Source: Eukaryota sp. TZLM1-RC
Lineage: Eukaryota; Protista; Metamonada: BaSk clade
Direction: 5' to 3'
Assembly: GCA_040285825.1 (NCBI GenBank)
Contig: JAUPSS010000007.1
Span: 1,710,689 to 1,774,688 of the forward strand
DNA length: 64,000 nt
Shown: positions 12,401 to 23,553 of the stretch, piece by piece
Position numbering within the stretch: position 1 is the first letter of the stretch
Layout of the letters: every line of letters begins with the position of its first letter
Notes under the pieces: generated by a model
Seen by the model: only the letters and a program-made list of their open reading frames with translations
What the model was told of the DNA's origin: nothing
Database searches by the model: none
Program-made: the position numbers and the translations under genes

Positions 12401-14320
12401 GCTGTTGAAATGTACACAAGGCTTTGTTTATGGACTGAAGCTTTCCGGTCTGCCCTTCAGTATATGAATGAGGGGGAAGTGGTGAGCTTGTATGTTGAGC
12501 ATGCGAATAACTTGGTAGTGGCTGGTAAATTGGCTGAGGCGGAAAAACTGTATATTGCTATTAACCAAGTTGATCTAGCTATTGAAATGTACAGAGTTCA
12601 TCACCAGTTTGATTCAATGATTCGCTTAGTCAAAATTTACAGGAAAGATTTATTAAATGAAACATATATTGCAATTGGGCAAAAGCTCGAATCAATGAGT
12701 GATATTGAAGGTGCTATCAAGCATTACCTTGAAGCGAAGCAATGGAAACTCGCTGTTGCAACCTTGAAGGTTAACAAACAATGGGAAAAGGCCCTCGCTT
12801 TGGCTAAACTTCATGGTGGAAGTTCTGCTGGTAAGGTTGTTGCCTACCATTGGGCAGAAGAAAAAGGAGGTCAGGAAGGAGTGGATTTGCTATTGAAACA
12901 TGGCTATGTCGACCAGGCTATTGATTTTTGTTTGAATAATGAAATGGAATCTTTAGCTGTAAGTGTAGCCGAAAAGTATTCACCTGCTACCATTAACAAA
13001 GTTTATGTGTCATTAGCTGGCACTGCTGTAAAAAGGGGCGACCTTGCAACTGCTGAAAGTTTTTTTGTCAAGGGTGGATGTATTAAGGAAGCTATTGACG
13101 TTTATATTGATCAAAACGACTGGCAGTCCGCTAATCGAGTTGCCGAAACCCACCAATCAAATTTGATTGATTACGTTAGAGAACGACAGTCAAGATCTAG
13201 GTTAACTTCTAGACCAGCCACAGCAAATAACCACATTTTTAGGCCTTCAACTGCATCAAAACCTCTCAATTTGGTTTCTGAATCTCAATTGAGTCACTTA
13301 ATCAGTGAACCTCAACATAAAGGAAATCGGCAGCCTCTCCACGAATTCTCAACAATTGAGGAACTTTGTAAGCAAGGTAATTGGAATAAGGGTCAAGTTT
13401 TGGCAGAAGAACAAGGTCCTGAAGCAATGAAAGTTTTTGGATTTTACTATTCAAAGTTCCTATTCGATTCTAACAAAATTAATGATTGTTTGGACATTGC
13501 TTCTAGATATGAACTTTGTTTAGGTCAAGAAGCTGTTGATTTTGTGAAGGGACTTTCTATTCTAATATTGTCTTGCCCCCAAAATTCTCCTTTTAATGAT
13601 GTTGAAATTGTTTCTACTTTGAGGAAAGTTGTTTTAAATTTGTGGTTGATTTCTTTTGCTACCGGACAACACTCTGATTTGTCTATTCAAATTGAAGAAT
13701 TATTGTGGATGGTTAACTTTTACTGTCGTGGCCTCGAATGTCGTCATTTGGAACTTTTTGATCTTTCAGCCAAGTTGTTCACATCACTGCTTCGCTATAA
13801 TGGTACTCTGCCTTCGGATAAGTTATTCTTGGAAGCGGGATTGGCTTGTAAATTGGCCAATCAAACCAATGCCGCATGGGTGTTTTTGGATAAATATATT
13901 GATATTGTAGAAGCAATTGAAGAAGAATCGGACTATATTGAGGGCTGTAATCTTGTTTCTACTGACATTCCTTTAGAAAATGTGACCATGCCGAGGAACC
14001 ATTATGCACCATCATCAGTTCGGGAAAACCAAAGGCAATACGTTCTCACAATGTCTATGGCGGAAGAAGTGCATTCTGAGCCTAACACAAGGCCTTGTCC
14101 TCACTGTGGTCAGGAAATTTATGAAGCTAGGATGTCATGTCCATATTGTGAAGCACAATTTTCTCCCTGTGCAGCATCTGGCTTCCCCTTGTCGATTACC
14201 TCTGAAAAACACCAATGTAGGGAATGCAAAAAAGAGAGTGGAATTGCTGATCTTAATTCATGGGTTTCGAGGACTAAGAAATGTCCTTTTTGCGATTGTT
14301 TTTCTGCTCCGTCTTATTAA
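9494..14320 (+). CDS. IFT172: Intraflagellar transport protein 172
   Basis: 1608 aa; WD40 N-terminus with 'WSPDNKRLAV','RDKFSTRP','IAVAQTD','YRIGTDWDDRKSICNKF','YVQWVPQSDVIVAQS'; TPR-like solenoid; C-terminal CxxC pairs. Confidence 0.95.
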   Translation: MHLKFRQSVVQGDEKTSPISGVSWSPDNKRLAVAYNNTIHLFDDNLEWRDKFSTRPGDKKTHRPYTIRDIAFSPDYSRIAVAQTDCSLFVYRIGTDWDDRKSICNKFLLSSPVASMYWPSASPSLLFFSTLDGSIRMGHLKTNKDTQLFKHDFPATCITFSTDGLVLLTAHMDGSLHRFTFDSHLKSASHVQLPKLSFAPRSLAAGIETWLVLDDHCNVSIISNSGSVIQSLSSNSSRQFTCFSLSPSKTTLLVGSFESVLVYVYNERRSLWTLKQTINIPNYKSITSIKWKPDSSRVALATFSGFVDVYEACLRRIFLKQGRFELTFISSTSVIVKITSSGERLQLSTSFGSEITNIKIFKDRFLVARTAESLLLADLLTKSCSELPWNTNINEEEDDQDQSTQERFIFEEDSGMAMIFLSGELMFVEIGQNDVALTVRTEKVNQHVISTAFNNRLNSKNHIPKRRIAHLIDSYTISVLDLTLNDGSGSSTTQVCSFSHQEVIDFVELNCFSDKLLFRDRMGNLFIAYLESNSADDSFVFNEVDIQLLLTSCHYVQWVPQSDVIVAQSDAKLSVWYDSNTPSKNATIDITGELVDIERNSGKTEVVVEEGHSQVSYVLDESLIEFSSAMRRGNLVNAMQCIEDLVLDSQVEGLWLRLLNECIHHGKLSLAIRCCSVLGDVSKVEYLNSLMELGQENFDCRSTARLSLLTGDTETAESVLLSQGLIDEAIDLFQSIGLDNIALSIAQKANHPSFSSIKSETIRYYVDSGQEALAAQIKENENDFVGAINLYIKGRQPSKAADLMFSRNLFYQSQTLDMVIAALCEVKDFKKCGELLEKAERFNEAIDYFIKGNFYEPAVSLAKLYDSSLVEDLTIEWGVYLLENHQPSAASGLFSEVGLYLLASYAEHKAGNIDMALDYLTKQTQKQLPSNYSFVTKQYILVSIAENLESRRDYSRAERLYSNAGVPEKAVEMYTRLCLWTEAFRSALQYMNEGEVVSLYVEHANNLVVAGKLAEAEKLYIAINQVDLAIEMYRVHHQFDSMIRLVKIYRKDLLNETYIAIGQKLESMSDIEGAIKHYLEAKQWKLAVATLKVNKQWEKALALAKLHGGSSAGKVVAYHWAEEKGGQEGVDLLLKHGYVDQAIDFCLNNEMESLAVSVAEKYSPATINKVYVSLAGTAVKRGDLATAESFFVKGGCIKEAIDVYIDQNDWQSANRVAETHQSNLIDYVRERQSRSRLTSRPATANNHIFRPSTASKPLNLVSESQLSHLISEPQHKGNRQPLHEFSTIEELCKQGNWNKGQVLAEEQGPEAMKVFGFYYSKFLFDSNKINDCLDIASRYELCLGQEAVDFVKGLSILILSCPQNSPFNDVEIVSTLRKVVLNLWLISFATGQHSDLSIQIEELLWMVNFYCRGLECRHLELFDLSAKLFTSLLRYNGTLPSDKLFLEAGLACKLANQTNAAWVFLDKYIDIVEAIEEESDYIEGCNLVSTDIPLENVTMPRNHYAPSSVRENQRQYVLTMSMAEEVHSEPNTRPCPHCGQEIYEARMSCPYCEAQFSPCAASGFPLSITSEKHQCRECKKESGIADLNSWVSRTKKCPFCDCFSAPSY

Positions 14321-14492
14321 TTCAATAAATTTTGTATTATTATGTGAATAAAATAGGTTTTATTTACTTATTTTTTACAACAGTTTTTTAAATGAATTTA
14401 CTCAATGTGCATAAACCCCTGATTCAACAACAAAATAAAAAAAGAATCAATTTATTGAAACACTAACAAAGAGTGTTGAAAAAGAAAAATTA

Positions 14493-15113
14493 TCACAATG
14501 GACAGACAGAAGCAGGAATTGGTGAAGGCAATGCTGATTGTTCAAACTCCTGTTCATTTGCGGTCAACGTAGACACTAAATCACAAAGACAATGTGCCAG
14601 ATCCCGATTATTGGAGACAACATAGCTCCATTCACGATTTTCATAAAACTTAAGGACCTCCTGCATCCACTCAAACCTATGTTCGTTATAAAGGCGGCGA
14701 CGGGGTTCTTTCAGAAGCCTGGACTGGATTCTGTTCCACAAAATGGATGTTTCAACCTTGAGATAGACAGTCACAATCTTAATACCAGCCAGTTGTTCCA
14801 TCTCGGAGACCACAGATCGCAGAACATCTGATAAAAGGTGACCATTGGAAGCATAGAGCTCAGCAGAGAAGGGACTTCGATCAGCAATAAAAACATTATT
14901 GGAGTTGTTTCCTAGTTCTTCCTTCTTCTTTAAAAGTCGTGCAAACCAGTGTGAAACCCACTGGAGTTCCATGGTTAAACTTTGGGGATGGAGAACGGAA
15001 CTTGGCACATCCATGAAGGCCTCATCAAGTATGTTGAAACCGATAGATTGGAACTGCTGGAGAAGACTCGATTTGCCACAGCCATGAACACCTTCAAGAC
15101 ATACTACAAGCAT
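14493..15113 (-). CDS. P-loop nucleoside/nucleotide kinase (dNK/thymidylate kinase-like)
   Basis: 'CLEGVHGCGKSS' P-loop, 'IADRSPFS' motif, lid-like 'RIQSR'; ATG at 15113 preferred over the TTG at 15122. Confidence 0.8.
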   Translation of the reverse strand: MLVVCLEGVHGCGKSSLLQQFQSIGFNILDEAFMDVPSSVLHPQSLTMELQWVSHWFARLLKKKEELGNNSNNVFIADRSPFSAELYASNGHLLSDVLRSVVSEMEQLAGIKIVTVYLKVETSILWNRIQSRLLKEPRRRLYNEHRFEWMQEVLKFYENREWSYVVSNNRDLAHCLCDLVSTLTANEQEFEQSALPSPIPASVCPL

Positions 15114-15808
15114 GATGAACAAAGTGATAGGTTAGCAGAGCATTTTTTGGGATCCATATCAAGAAAATTGTTGTGTGATATAAAATTGTCATGTTGGAGT
15201 GGATTTCATTTGAAATGCATATTTACTGGTATCTTCAAGCATCATTCAAACCTATGCCAAGAACTTTCTTTCTTGGTGAGATCGTCCACAGACCTTCTAG
15301 AATCCTTGAATAATTGGCCACCAATCTCAGTGAGTCGATTTCTCCTCTAGAACAATACGTAGCTTTGAACCTAGTTTCTTTGTGGTCTCTGGAACGCTTC
15401 TGGTCTTGTTCCATAGTAGTGCCCACTATTTACAATTTCTAGCTGATTTAGTGATGCAGAAATGTCTCTAGACCAAACATGATTATTTTAACTTGCTACT
15501 TGGCTACGAATACATCGTGATATACTAACTCCTGTCTTCACTTGTTTTACCATCAGTTGTCAATATACACTCTTACACCTTTGGTATAGTTTGTTCGCTC
15601 TCTACGAATCAACTCACTTCAATCTCAATCTACTCCTATATACTTAAACTTCTAAAGTCTAATGAGCAGAAGATTTTTGAACTTACTGAACTCGAATTGA
15701 AACTCAATTGATGACATTTGTAATGTTAGTCAACTGGTTTCCTTGCAGGGATTGATTTTGACCAATTTCATATCAATGTAGTGTGATGCGATGATGAGTC
15801 TGAAGACA

Positions 15809-15855
15809 TCCACGCTGCTATGAGTGAAACCTATCCCCTTGAATTCAGGTTCGGA
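15809..15855. repeat. 47-bp dispersed repeat, copy 1 (copy 2 at 63508-63554)
   Basis: tccacgctgctatgagt(g/t)aaacctatccccttgaattcaggttcgga, one mismatch between copies. Confidence 0.9.
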
Positions 15856-15951
15856 TGCCCCTGTCTGTCACTACCTGATGTCAACATAAAGCACTCTTCG
15901 CATCATCTTTTATCAGACATTAATTATTGTTATTATCAAATTATAATAAAC

Positions 15952-17059
15952 TTTTTTTAAAAAACTAGAATATTTATTGAGATACAAAAACCCATCTAGA
16001 ATTCAATATCCTCCAAACAAGCGTCACTATTACTGAACCTACTCACAGCATTACGTTCATATTCTACACCAATAGCTAAAAGTGCCTTTGAAATCATTGT
16101 TGGAATAGACTTGAAAATGCAAAAAACAATTCTATTTAACCAGAAAGTGGAATTCATTGTTTTACCAGACCTATTCAGTAACACTTTTTTAAAATTTTCC
16201 AAAAAGTGCAACCCTGAAGGTCCAATATTGCCAAAAAGAGAAATTGCAAACGGCACAAACTGATATTTCACATGTTCCACTCTACCTAGCTGTGTCAAAG
16301 GTTCTTCATATTTTTTTATCTTCTTTTTTTCGGCGTTAGATAACGGCGAATCAGCGGAATACACTAAACGAGCAGCAGAATTTTTGCAAACATCAACTGA
16401 GACAACATCTACAACATTGAGAACACCATCGATCCCTGGAGCTACTAAATCTGCCCTTCTTTTACCAAAGGAATCATCAGTTTGATCTGAAGACAGCTTA
16501 CGTACTAGTGGCTCAATAAATGCCTCTATATTGAAACTTTTGCATATGGCATATAATTGATCACGAACTGAGTCATGAACAATTGAGCGATAAGTTATAA
16601 AATACTTACAGTTTAAAATATGGGAAAGCGTAACAACACTCTTGCAGCGACAAATTAAATCATTTGGTAAAGAACAAGGCCATATAAAACATCTCATTCT
16701 CATTGCAGTGGTCCATTGGTGATCATTGAGTAGAAGGCCATAAATATTGGGAATTTGGGAGATTAGGCAACTTGAGCAACTGTCTTCAAGATCAATCAAA
16801 CAGTTTGCAAAAACGGGATTTTTTTCTTTAGCCAAGCTAAGACGTACAATATAATCCAAGTTTTCTAAAACTTTCAAGATTTTTTTCTGCAATTTTGCAA
16901 AAGTCAGTGGTAAGGAGAGCAAGCTTCTTGGAGGAAGTTCCACAATATCAGAGGGGAAACATTTAGACCAAATATTGGGTGAAAGAGTTTCAATTTCTGT
17001 TGCAAAGAAATAAGATAAGAGCTGCCACAATTTTCAATTAGATGAATTTTTTCAGGAAA
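15952..17059 (-). mobile_element. 5'-truncated CRE-like non-LTR retrotransposon, family E
   Basis: ORF 15996-17030 with 'CRC..SHILNC..HDSVRD..IEP..RRADL..VVD..KIKKY'; short poly(A) at ~15952; candidate TSD aataaactt at 15945-15953 and 17060-17068. Confidence 0.9.
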
Positions 17060-17599
17060 AATAAACTTGGGTAAATACATTTACAAATCTTTTTTTAATC
17101 TATAGCAATATCGAATCGATTACCTTTCGATTATCGTGTCAGACACAAGTTATGGATGTGCTCTCTTTTGACTGTTTTGAACAAATTTGGTTTTCTTTAT
17201 TCAATTATATTTGGTTAGTTTTCGGTTTGAAATTAAATTCTTCATCTGTTCTGTTGTTGTTGAACTCTCTTAAACAGAATGTTTTGTTTTAGTAGTGAAG
17301 GATGTCTATGATATCAGATTTCATTATTCCTTTAAAATTCTTGATAGTAATATGAAAGTTAAAATTAATCGACCTCCGCAAAATGGGTGACCTTTCAGAA
17401 AAATTGCTTGCTGTTGACGTAATTCGGGTGGTTTTGGTCTGAAGAAAGGTGGTCGATCAGAATGATTGATTTTTCAAAGACGTGTTGCATTAGCTTGATG
17501 ACGTGTTATATAAGAAATCAAATATAATCATTATTTCTTCACTATATATCGTCAAGATGTATTCCAAACTATCTCTTTTATTCGAATTGTTTTAAGAAA

Positions 17600-18100
17600 T
17601 ATATTTATTTATTAGACTACGAATAAAAATCATCAAAGACACAACTTAAGCTCTCCATCCTCAAAACCTGCCTCTCCCACATCGAATCTGTCAATTACTA
17701 AACATTTAGAAAATTTACCAGAAGAAGAAAGTGAATCAGAAACAACCTCCATTTTACCAATAAACAAGATTAAAAAATCTTGCAGTGCTTCCCTTTGTAA
17801 CTACGATGAGATCTTCAAGGAATGCCAGAGCAGCCTCACCTCAAGAACCGAGCAAAGAAAAACCAAAGCAACTTAAATTATATTTTCATTATCAGAAGAA
17901 AAAGGTTTCTCGTATTTAACAATTGTGTATTTCTTGATTGCAAGAAGAGTGTTATTGATATCAGAATTAATGAAATGTTCATCAAGGAATTAGAAGGGTC
18001 AATAGACATGGCATCTAAAATGGTAAAGCTTCCATTTGAGCCAGGAAGAACAAAATCACCTCCTGTCAGACCCATAGAAGATCTATTATAATGCGTATTA
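17600..18100 (-). mobile_element. Decayed 3' fragment of CRE-like retroelement, family D
   Basis: 'MGLTGGDFVLPGSNGSFTILDAMSIDP' and 3' end 'catcctcaaaacctgcctc' homologous to 47.76-48.3 kb. Confidence 0.82.
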
Positions 18101-18547
18101 TCATGTACGCATTATCATGTTGAGAATCCTGAGATTTCAATTTCCATCCCATGTCACTATATCATAATGACGATTGGTAACTTACCATTGACACTTGAGA
18201 CTCACAGAGTCGTTGCATTCAACGTTAAAGAGTCATGGCATTCACTAAATGTTGATTCATTAAGATGAGGACTTAGTTTACAGTGTGTTCATTGTCTGAT
18301 TACGTGAATTGTGTAACGTTAAACTTAATCTAAAGTTATCAAAGTCCATGCTACATTTAGGATTTATTGATTGGAATACGTTGCTACAATAGACCCAGTT
18401 GTTATACCGCTCAATGATCAACATAAAGTGTACACCACATGGTGCCATAAGTGGGAGTAATAGATAGTATAGCTTGAACTTTTTTTGTGAAATTGAATCT
18501 TTATCCGAAAATCCGATTTACCTGCACGAACTTTTTGATCCCTTACC

Positions 18548-21500
18548 ATGCAGTTCTCCTCAACTTTTCAGTCGGTTCTTGATAAGCTCCGCAACATGAG
18601 AGAGAACGGCTCTTCTGTGGCTCAACTTCCAAATAATCAGATCAAACCATCTATACCATCACCTTCTGTTCCACACTTCCAGTCTCCATTTGCGCACAAC
18701 AGTTCTATTATACAGGATGAACACTCTGAGCTAGATGATCTCCTTGACGATTACGATTCTATGGCAACTTCAACCATTCAACCATTGCGGCAAACACCAT
18801 CATCAACAATTAAACGTTCAAGTCCAATCACACATTCTGTACAACATTCAATTGCTGACGTTACCCATCAAAGACCTGCTTCCATGGACCCTTTTCAATT
18901 CTTAAACTCAAAGTTTCCAAACTTTTTCAAGTATCCATCGCTCAATACAGTTCAAACTACAACATTTTCAAAGCTCTTTGAAACTGACAATAATGTGGTT
19001 GTTTCAGCCCCCACTGGTAATGATCATTAATTTATCCAGTTACTTACTTTAGGATCAGGAAAGACCACTTTGTTTGAATTTGCCTTACTGCGAATGCTAG
19101 AGATACATGGTCCCAACAAGGTGAGGGCGATCTATATCGCTCCTATTAAAGCCTTGTGTCAAGAAAGGGTGACAGATTGGAAGGAAAAGTTTTCAAAGTT
19201 GAAACTTAAAGTTTTTGAGGGTATGTGAGTTTTTTTAAGCATTAACTACAGTAACTGGTGATTCTGGTGAAGATTCATTAGCTACCAAAAGTGGACTAGT
19301 TGTCACTACCCCTGAAAAAATTGATTTCGTATGATCAACCCTAAACTAACCCTAGGTAACAAGAAGACTTCGTGGAACTTCTTTCCATAATGTCAATTTG
19401 GTCATTATAGATGAAGTTCATCATTTGAATGAACCTAAAAGAGGGCCTGTACTTGAAGCAGTCATTTCAAGACTGAAGCTTAATTCTTCACCAAGATTTG
19501 TTGCCGCATCAGCCACTATTCCTAATATCAATGAGGTTGGCAGTTGGCTTGGGGCAGAAAGTTCTTCTATTTTCGTATTTGGAGAAGAACATCGTCCTGT
19601 ACCATTGGAAAAGGTAGTAATAGGAGTTCCTTCGAAAAACAATAATGCGTTTGTTTTTGACAAGTTCTTGGATTACAAACTATTTGATTTAATTTCAAAA
19701 TATTCACCAACTAAACCGGTATTAATTTTTTGTTCCACCAGAAAATCTGCTCAAGCCGCAGCCTCAAAGTTATCTTCTGATGCACATGGCTTTTTCACTT
19801 CTGGGTCCTCAAAACCTCAATTAACATCGCTTGCTGGCCAGATTCAAGACAAACACCTCGCAACTGTTTTTTTGAATGGTATTGCTACTCATTCAGCAGC
19901 TCTTAGCCATTCCGATAGATCGGTGGTTGAAAAGGGGTTTTTGGATGGGATCATTAGAGTTGTTTGCTGCACATCTACTCTCAGTATTGGCATTAATTTA
20001 CCTTGCTTTTGTGCAATAATTAAAGGTACGAATTACTACAATCCTGCCACTTCCTCCCAAAAAGAATACACAACTCTGTCAATTCTTCAGATGATTGGTC
20101 GAAGTGGAAGGCCTCAATTCGATACCTCGGCTATTTCTGTCATTTTAACGACTCCTGATAGAACCAATTATTTTTCTCGAATCACTAGTGGACAGGAAAC
20201 AGTTGAGTCACAGCTGTCAGAGCATTTAACAGAACATTTAAATGCTGAAGTAGCAGCTGGTATTATTACCAACATGAATGCAGCAGTTTTGTGGGTTAAA
20301 AGTACTTTTTTCTACCAAAGATTACAAATTCATGGCCAAGAGACTGTACAACTTGAACAAATGATTAGTCAGGAAATACAAAAGCTTATTGATGTATCAC
20401 TAGTGAAGTGGGTTGATAGCAATTCATTTACCTCAACTGAATTGGGTAAAATTGCTTCCAAACACTATGTATCTTTTGCCACTATTTCTGACTGTCTAGC
20501 CCTTTCATCTTCATCAACACTGCATGACTTACTTCTTATGTTAGCTGATTCAGATGAGTTGAATGGTCATGTCTTACGAAACAATGAAAAGAGAGATTTA
20601 AATTCAGTCATCCATGAAGATTTTGTCATATTTAAACCATCAACCCCAAAAGTGAAGACTACTGCTGACAAGATCGTTTTGCTTCTTCAATGTGCCGCTT
20701 TTGGGTTTTCCTTCGATTCGTGGTCCTTAAGATCAGACATGCAAATTATTCAACAAAAGATGACAAAGTTGTTAAAAACCATCGCTGAGTTATTTTTAGC
20801 ACAAGAAGGTCTTGATCTTGGTCGGTTTCGTTTTGTTAAGGAAATATATTTGATAGCAAAAGCACTAGAAAAATCTGTTTGGCCTCCACCCAATTCAAAG
20901 AACCACCAATCAACTGGTGAATTGAAACAGATCCAAGGTGTTGGACCAGCGATATCCAATTTGTTAAACAATTCTGGAATTTACACTTTAAAACAGCTTG
21001 CACAAACAGATCCAAGAAGAGTAGAGTTTATAACTAATAGAAATGCACCATTTGGCTCTAAACTAGTCAATGCTGCCAAGCAAGTGCCTGATTTTGAGCT
21101 AAATATTGTGAAAAGTTCTCGAAAAATGGCTCGTGATCAGACAGAAATACAAGTCGGTATTAGGTCAAAATTTGGGACCTTTCCTAAGAGTTTATTGGTA
21201 GTTGGAAATGTCAAAAATGATGTTGTTTTATACCGATGGATCAAATCTAATAGCAGCCAATTTACTGAGTCGTTTATTATTTCTTCTGTTCAATCTGTCA
21301 GAATGTTGAAGGTGGCTGTTTTAGTGATGGACTGGGTAAATGTCGATCAGGAAAGTATCTTTAACTTGATTACGGAAAATGATGAGTCGTTGCCATTAGT
21401 TATTGACCTTAACCGATGTTCAACCATTGGACCACCACAAACGAAAACCTGTGGCCATCGATGCAGAGATAAGAGTAAATGTCGTCATGCCTGTTGTAAA

Positions 21501-22034
21501 ATCAATCTTGAACAGAAAAGTGATAATGCTCAACAGGAAAAGGATGAATTTGAAATAGATTTGAATGCATCCCCCTCTCCAATCAAATCACCAATCAAAT
21601 CAGTTGAAAGACTACATCCAGTCAATAAGCCCAATCAGATACTACCTCCAGCTAAGAAATCCCGTGTTGATGGCTCAAAAGCTGCTCTCAAAGATGTTCC
21701 TAGTACCCCAGTGGCTGTTGTCAAGACATTTCAGAGAAATAATGGTTTGAATAGTCAAAATTCAAATGAATTAGCACCTATTGTGTTGAAAAAACCATCT
21801 TTGGGGAAACCATCTAGGTTGTTTTCAGCAAATCTTCCCACTTTACCACGGAATTCTCTCAAAAAACCTGGCAATGATATATTGAATCAAAATGCATCCC
21901 CCAAATTCAACACGACATTGGTTAAACCACCATCCCTCTCTCGAGCATCTCCAGTAGCTCCAAAGACACCAGGATCAATTTCTTCCACAATGACTTCACA
22001 AAATTTCAATTTGACCCTTATTGATGATTTCTAA
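18548..22034 (+). CDS. HFM1: Meiotic DExH helicase MER3/HFM1 (4 exons: 18548-19016, 19053-19220, 19252-19328, 19356-22034; ~1130 aa)
   Basis: Splicing restores APTGSGKT, EVTGD and TTPEK; DEVH, SAT, QMIGRSGRPQFD, Sec63 region; C-terminal 'CGHRCRDKSKCRHACCK' typical of HFM1/Mer3. Confidence 0.9.
19017..19052 (+). other. Spliceosomal intron, 36 nt (MER3 intron 1)
   Basis: gtaatg...cttACtttag; contains a stop; removal restores Walker A. Confidence 0.92.
19221..19251 (+). other. Spliceosomal intron, 31 nt (MER3 intron 2)
   Basis: gtatgt...ttaACtacag; removal restores frame (E-V-T-G-D). Confidence 0.9.
19329..19355 (+). other. Spliceosomal intron, 27 nt (MER3 intron 3)
   Basis: gtatga...ctaACcctag; in-frame TGA; removal gives TTPEKIDFVTRR. 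Confidence 0.9.
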
Positions 22035-22500
22035 TTGCGTTTTTAATAAATTCTATTTAAATTTAAATTTCAATACTTTAAATACTTTCAATTCATAAGT
22101 TACATTAATTTCTACCCAATGTAAAGTTAAATATGCATTTGAATTAATTATAGTTTAATAAAATGACGCTCTGAAATGTTTAGGCTCTTGTTTTAAGTTA
22201 TACTAGACAAGTTGTTATTTGAAAATGCTGAAAGTCACATCCAAATAAGAAGTTATTTCCTCTTCAGACCTCTGAAATACCTGGGCATGTTTCTTGGGAC
22301 ACACGCGCAGTTTGCAGCATTTTGATTTCTAATGAATCCCATTTGGCGGAAAAATTCTGAAGCTTTTCTTGGGGGAAATATTGAAAAATTCTGACCTCAA
22401 AATTGGAATATATTTTACGGACAGGCAAAATTCAATTAATTTGATTTTATTAATTTTATTTTCCAAAAAACAGAACGATTAATGCTGTAATTGTTTTATA

Positions 22501-23451
22501 AGGACTGATGCTGTAACTTGCCACCTACACCTTAAAAAAAGATAAAGCTGGGAAGAGTTGCCTTAAGAAGCCTGAAAAAAGTGAAAAAGATCCATACTTG
22601 ACTGAAATTCAACGAGATGAGCTGATGAATGATAACTTCACAGTAAATGACACTGGCATTAAGGACCAATTGATGGCTATTAAACCAAAATTAAATTGGC
22701 CAAATCCCAACAGGTTAACTGAACCACATTCAAATTCCAACAGACGCAAGATTAAAATGGGACGAATGGCGTCATGAAGAAAACAATGGAAGAAATAGAG
22801 GTTATATTAACAACAACACAAAAGATTCTAGACTTCGGGCCAAAAAAATACTCCTCCTCCAAATGAAAACAAGAAAACAATACTAAAGGAATATAATTGC
22901 AAGAGGCTCACTGCTGCTCAAAAAAGAAGAGAAACTCTGAACAAATACCATCAGAAATTCTATTATAAGGATGTTGAAGAAAAAACACTGCAAGGGAAAT
23001 ACAACTTTTCTCTCCATGTTGGAGCTTTTTACTTTATTAAAGACCTGGGAGTCATGAAACTGCGAAGATTCATGGCCACAGAGAGGTTTGAAGCAAAATG
23101 TGTGAATAAATTTGTAAATAAGTTTGGAGGTCCAGAAAATAACATTGTAGTGATTGGAAGCAAACCAATTTTAAACAACAAGCACCTACAAAAATGTTAG
23201 CTATCGAAAGATGTTTAAAAAACGTAACTTCCGTCTATAGCTGCTGGATGAATATGGAACAAGTTGTCGATGTCATGCATGTGTACTCGAGGGAAAAAAG
23301 TGAAAATGTGAAGAAACATCGAGTACCTAGCCCAAGGCCTTACAGGAGAGCAAAGACTCCAGCGGTCTTGAGACATGGATTGCTCACTTGCAAGAATTGT
23401 GGATGTCTATGGAATCGTAATGTCAATGCTGTTCTTAATATGATTCATTAA
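22501..23451 (+). pseudogene. Decayed Fanzor (Fanzor1-like eukaryotic TnpB homologue) pseudogene
   Basis: Motifs in order across frameshifts: 'RTDAVTC' (22501), RuvC-I 'FTVNDTGIKDQLMA' (D at 22649), 'KLRRFMATERFEAKCVNKFVNKFGGPENNIVVIG', RuvC-II + Zn 'LLDEYGTSCRCHAC' (E at 23250), 'PRPYR..RHGLLTCKNCGCLWNRNVNAVLNM' (Zn + RuvC-III). Confidence 0.85.
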
Positions 23452-23553
23452 TATGACCTCAAGTTTTGAAAAGATCAACTTGATTCATTTCATCTTCATA
23501 TTCCAGTAATCTCAACGGGTTACTACTATTTGACATTTTTGTGCTGCTAGCTG

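Noticed and set aside
19337-19355. CCCTAA-like telomeric repeats
   Set aside because: Only two imperfect units, and they form the branch point/acceptor of MER3 intron 3
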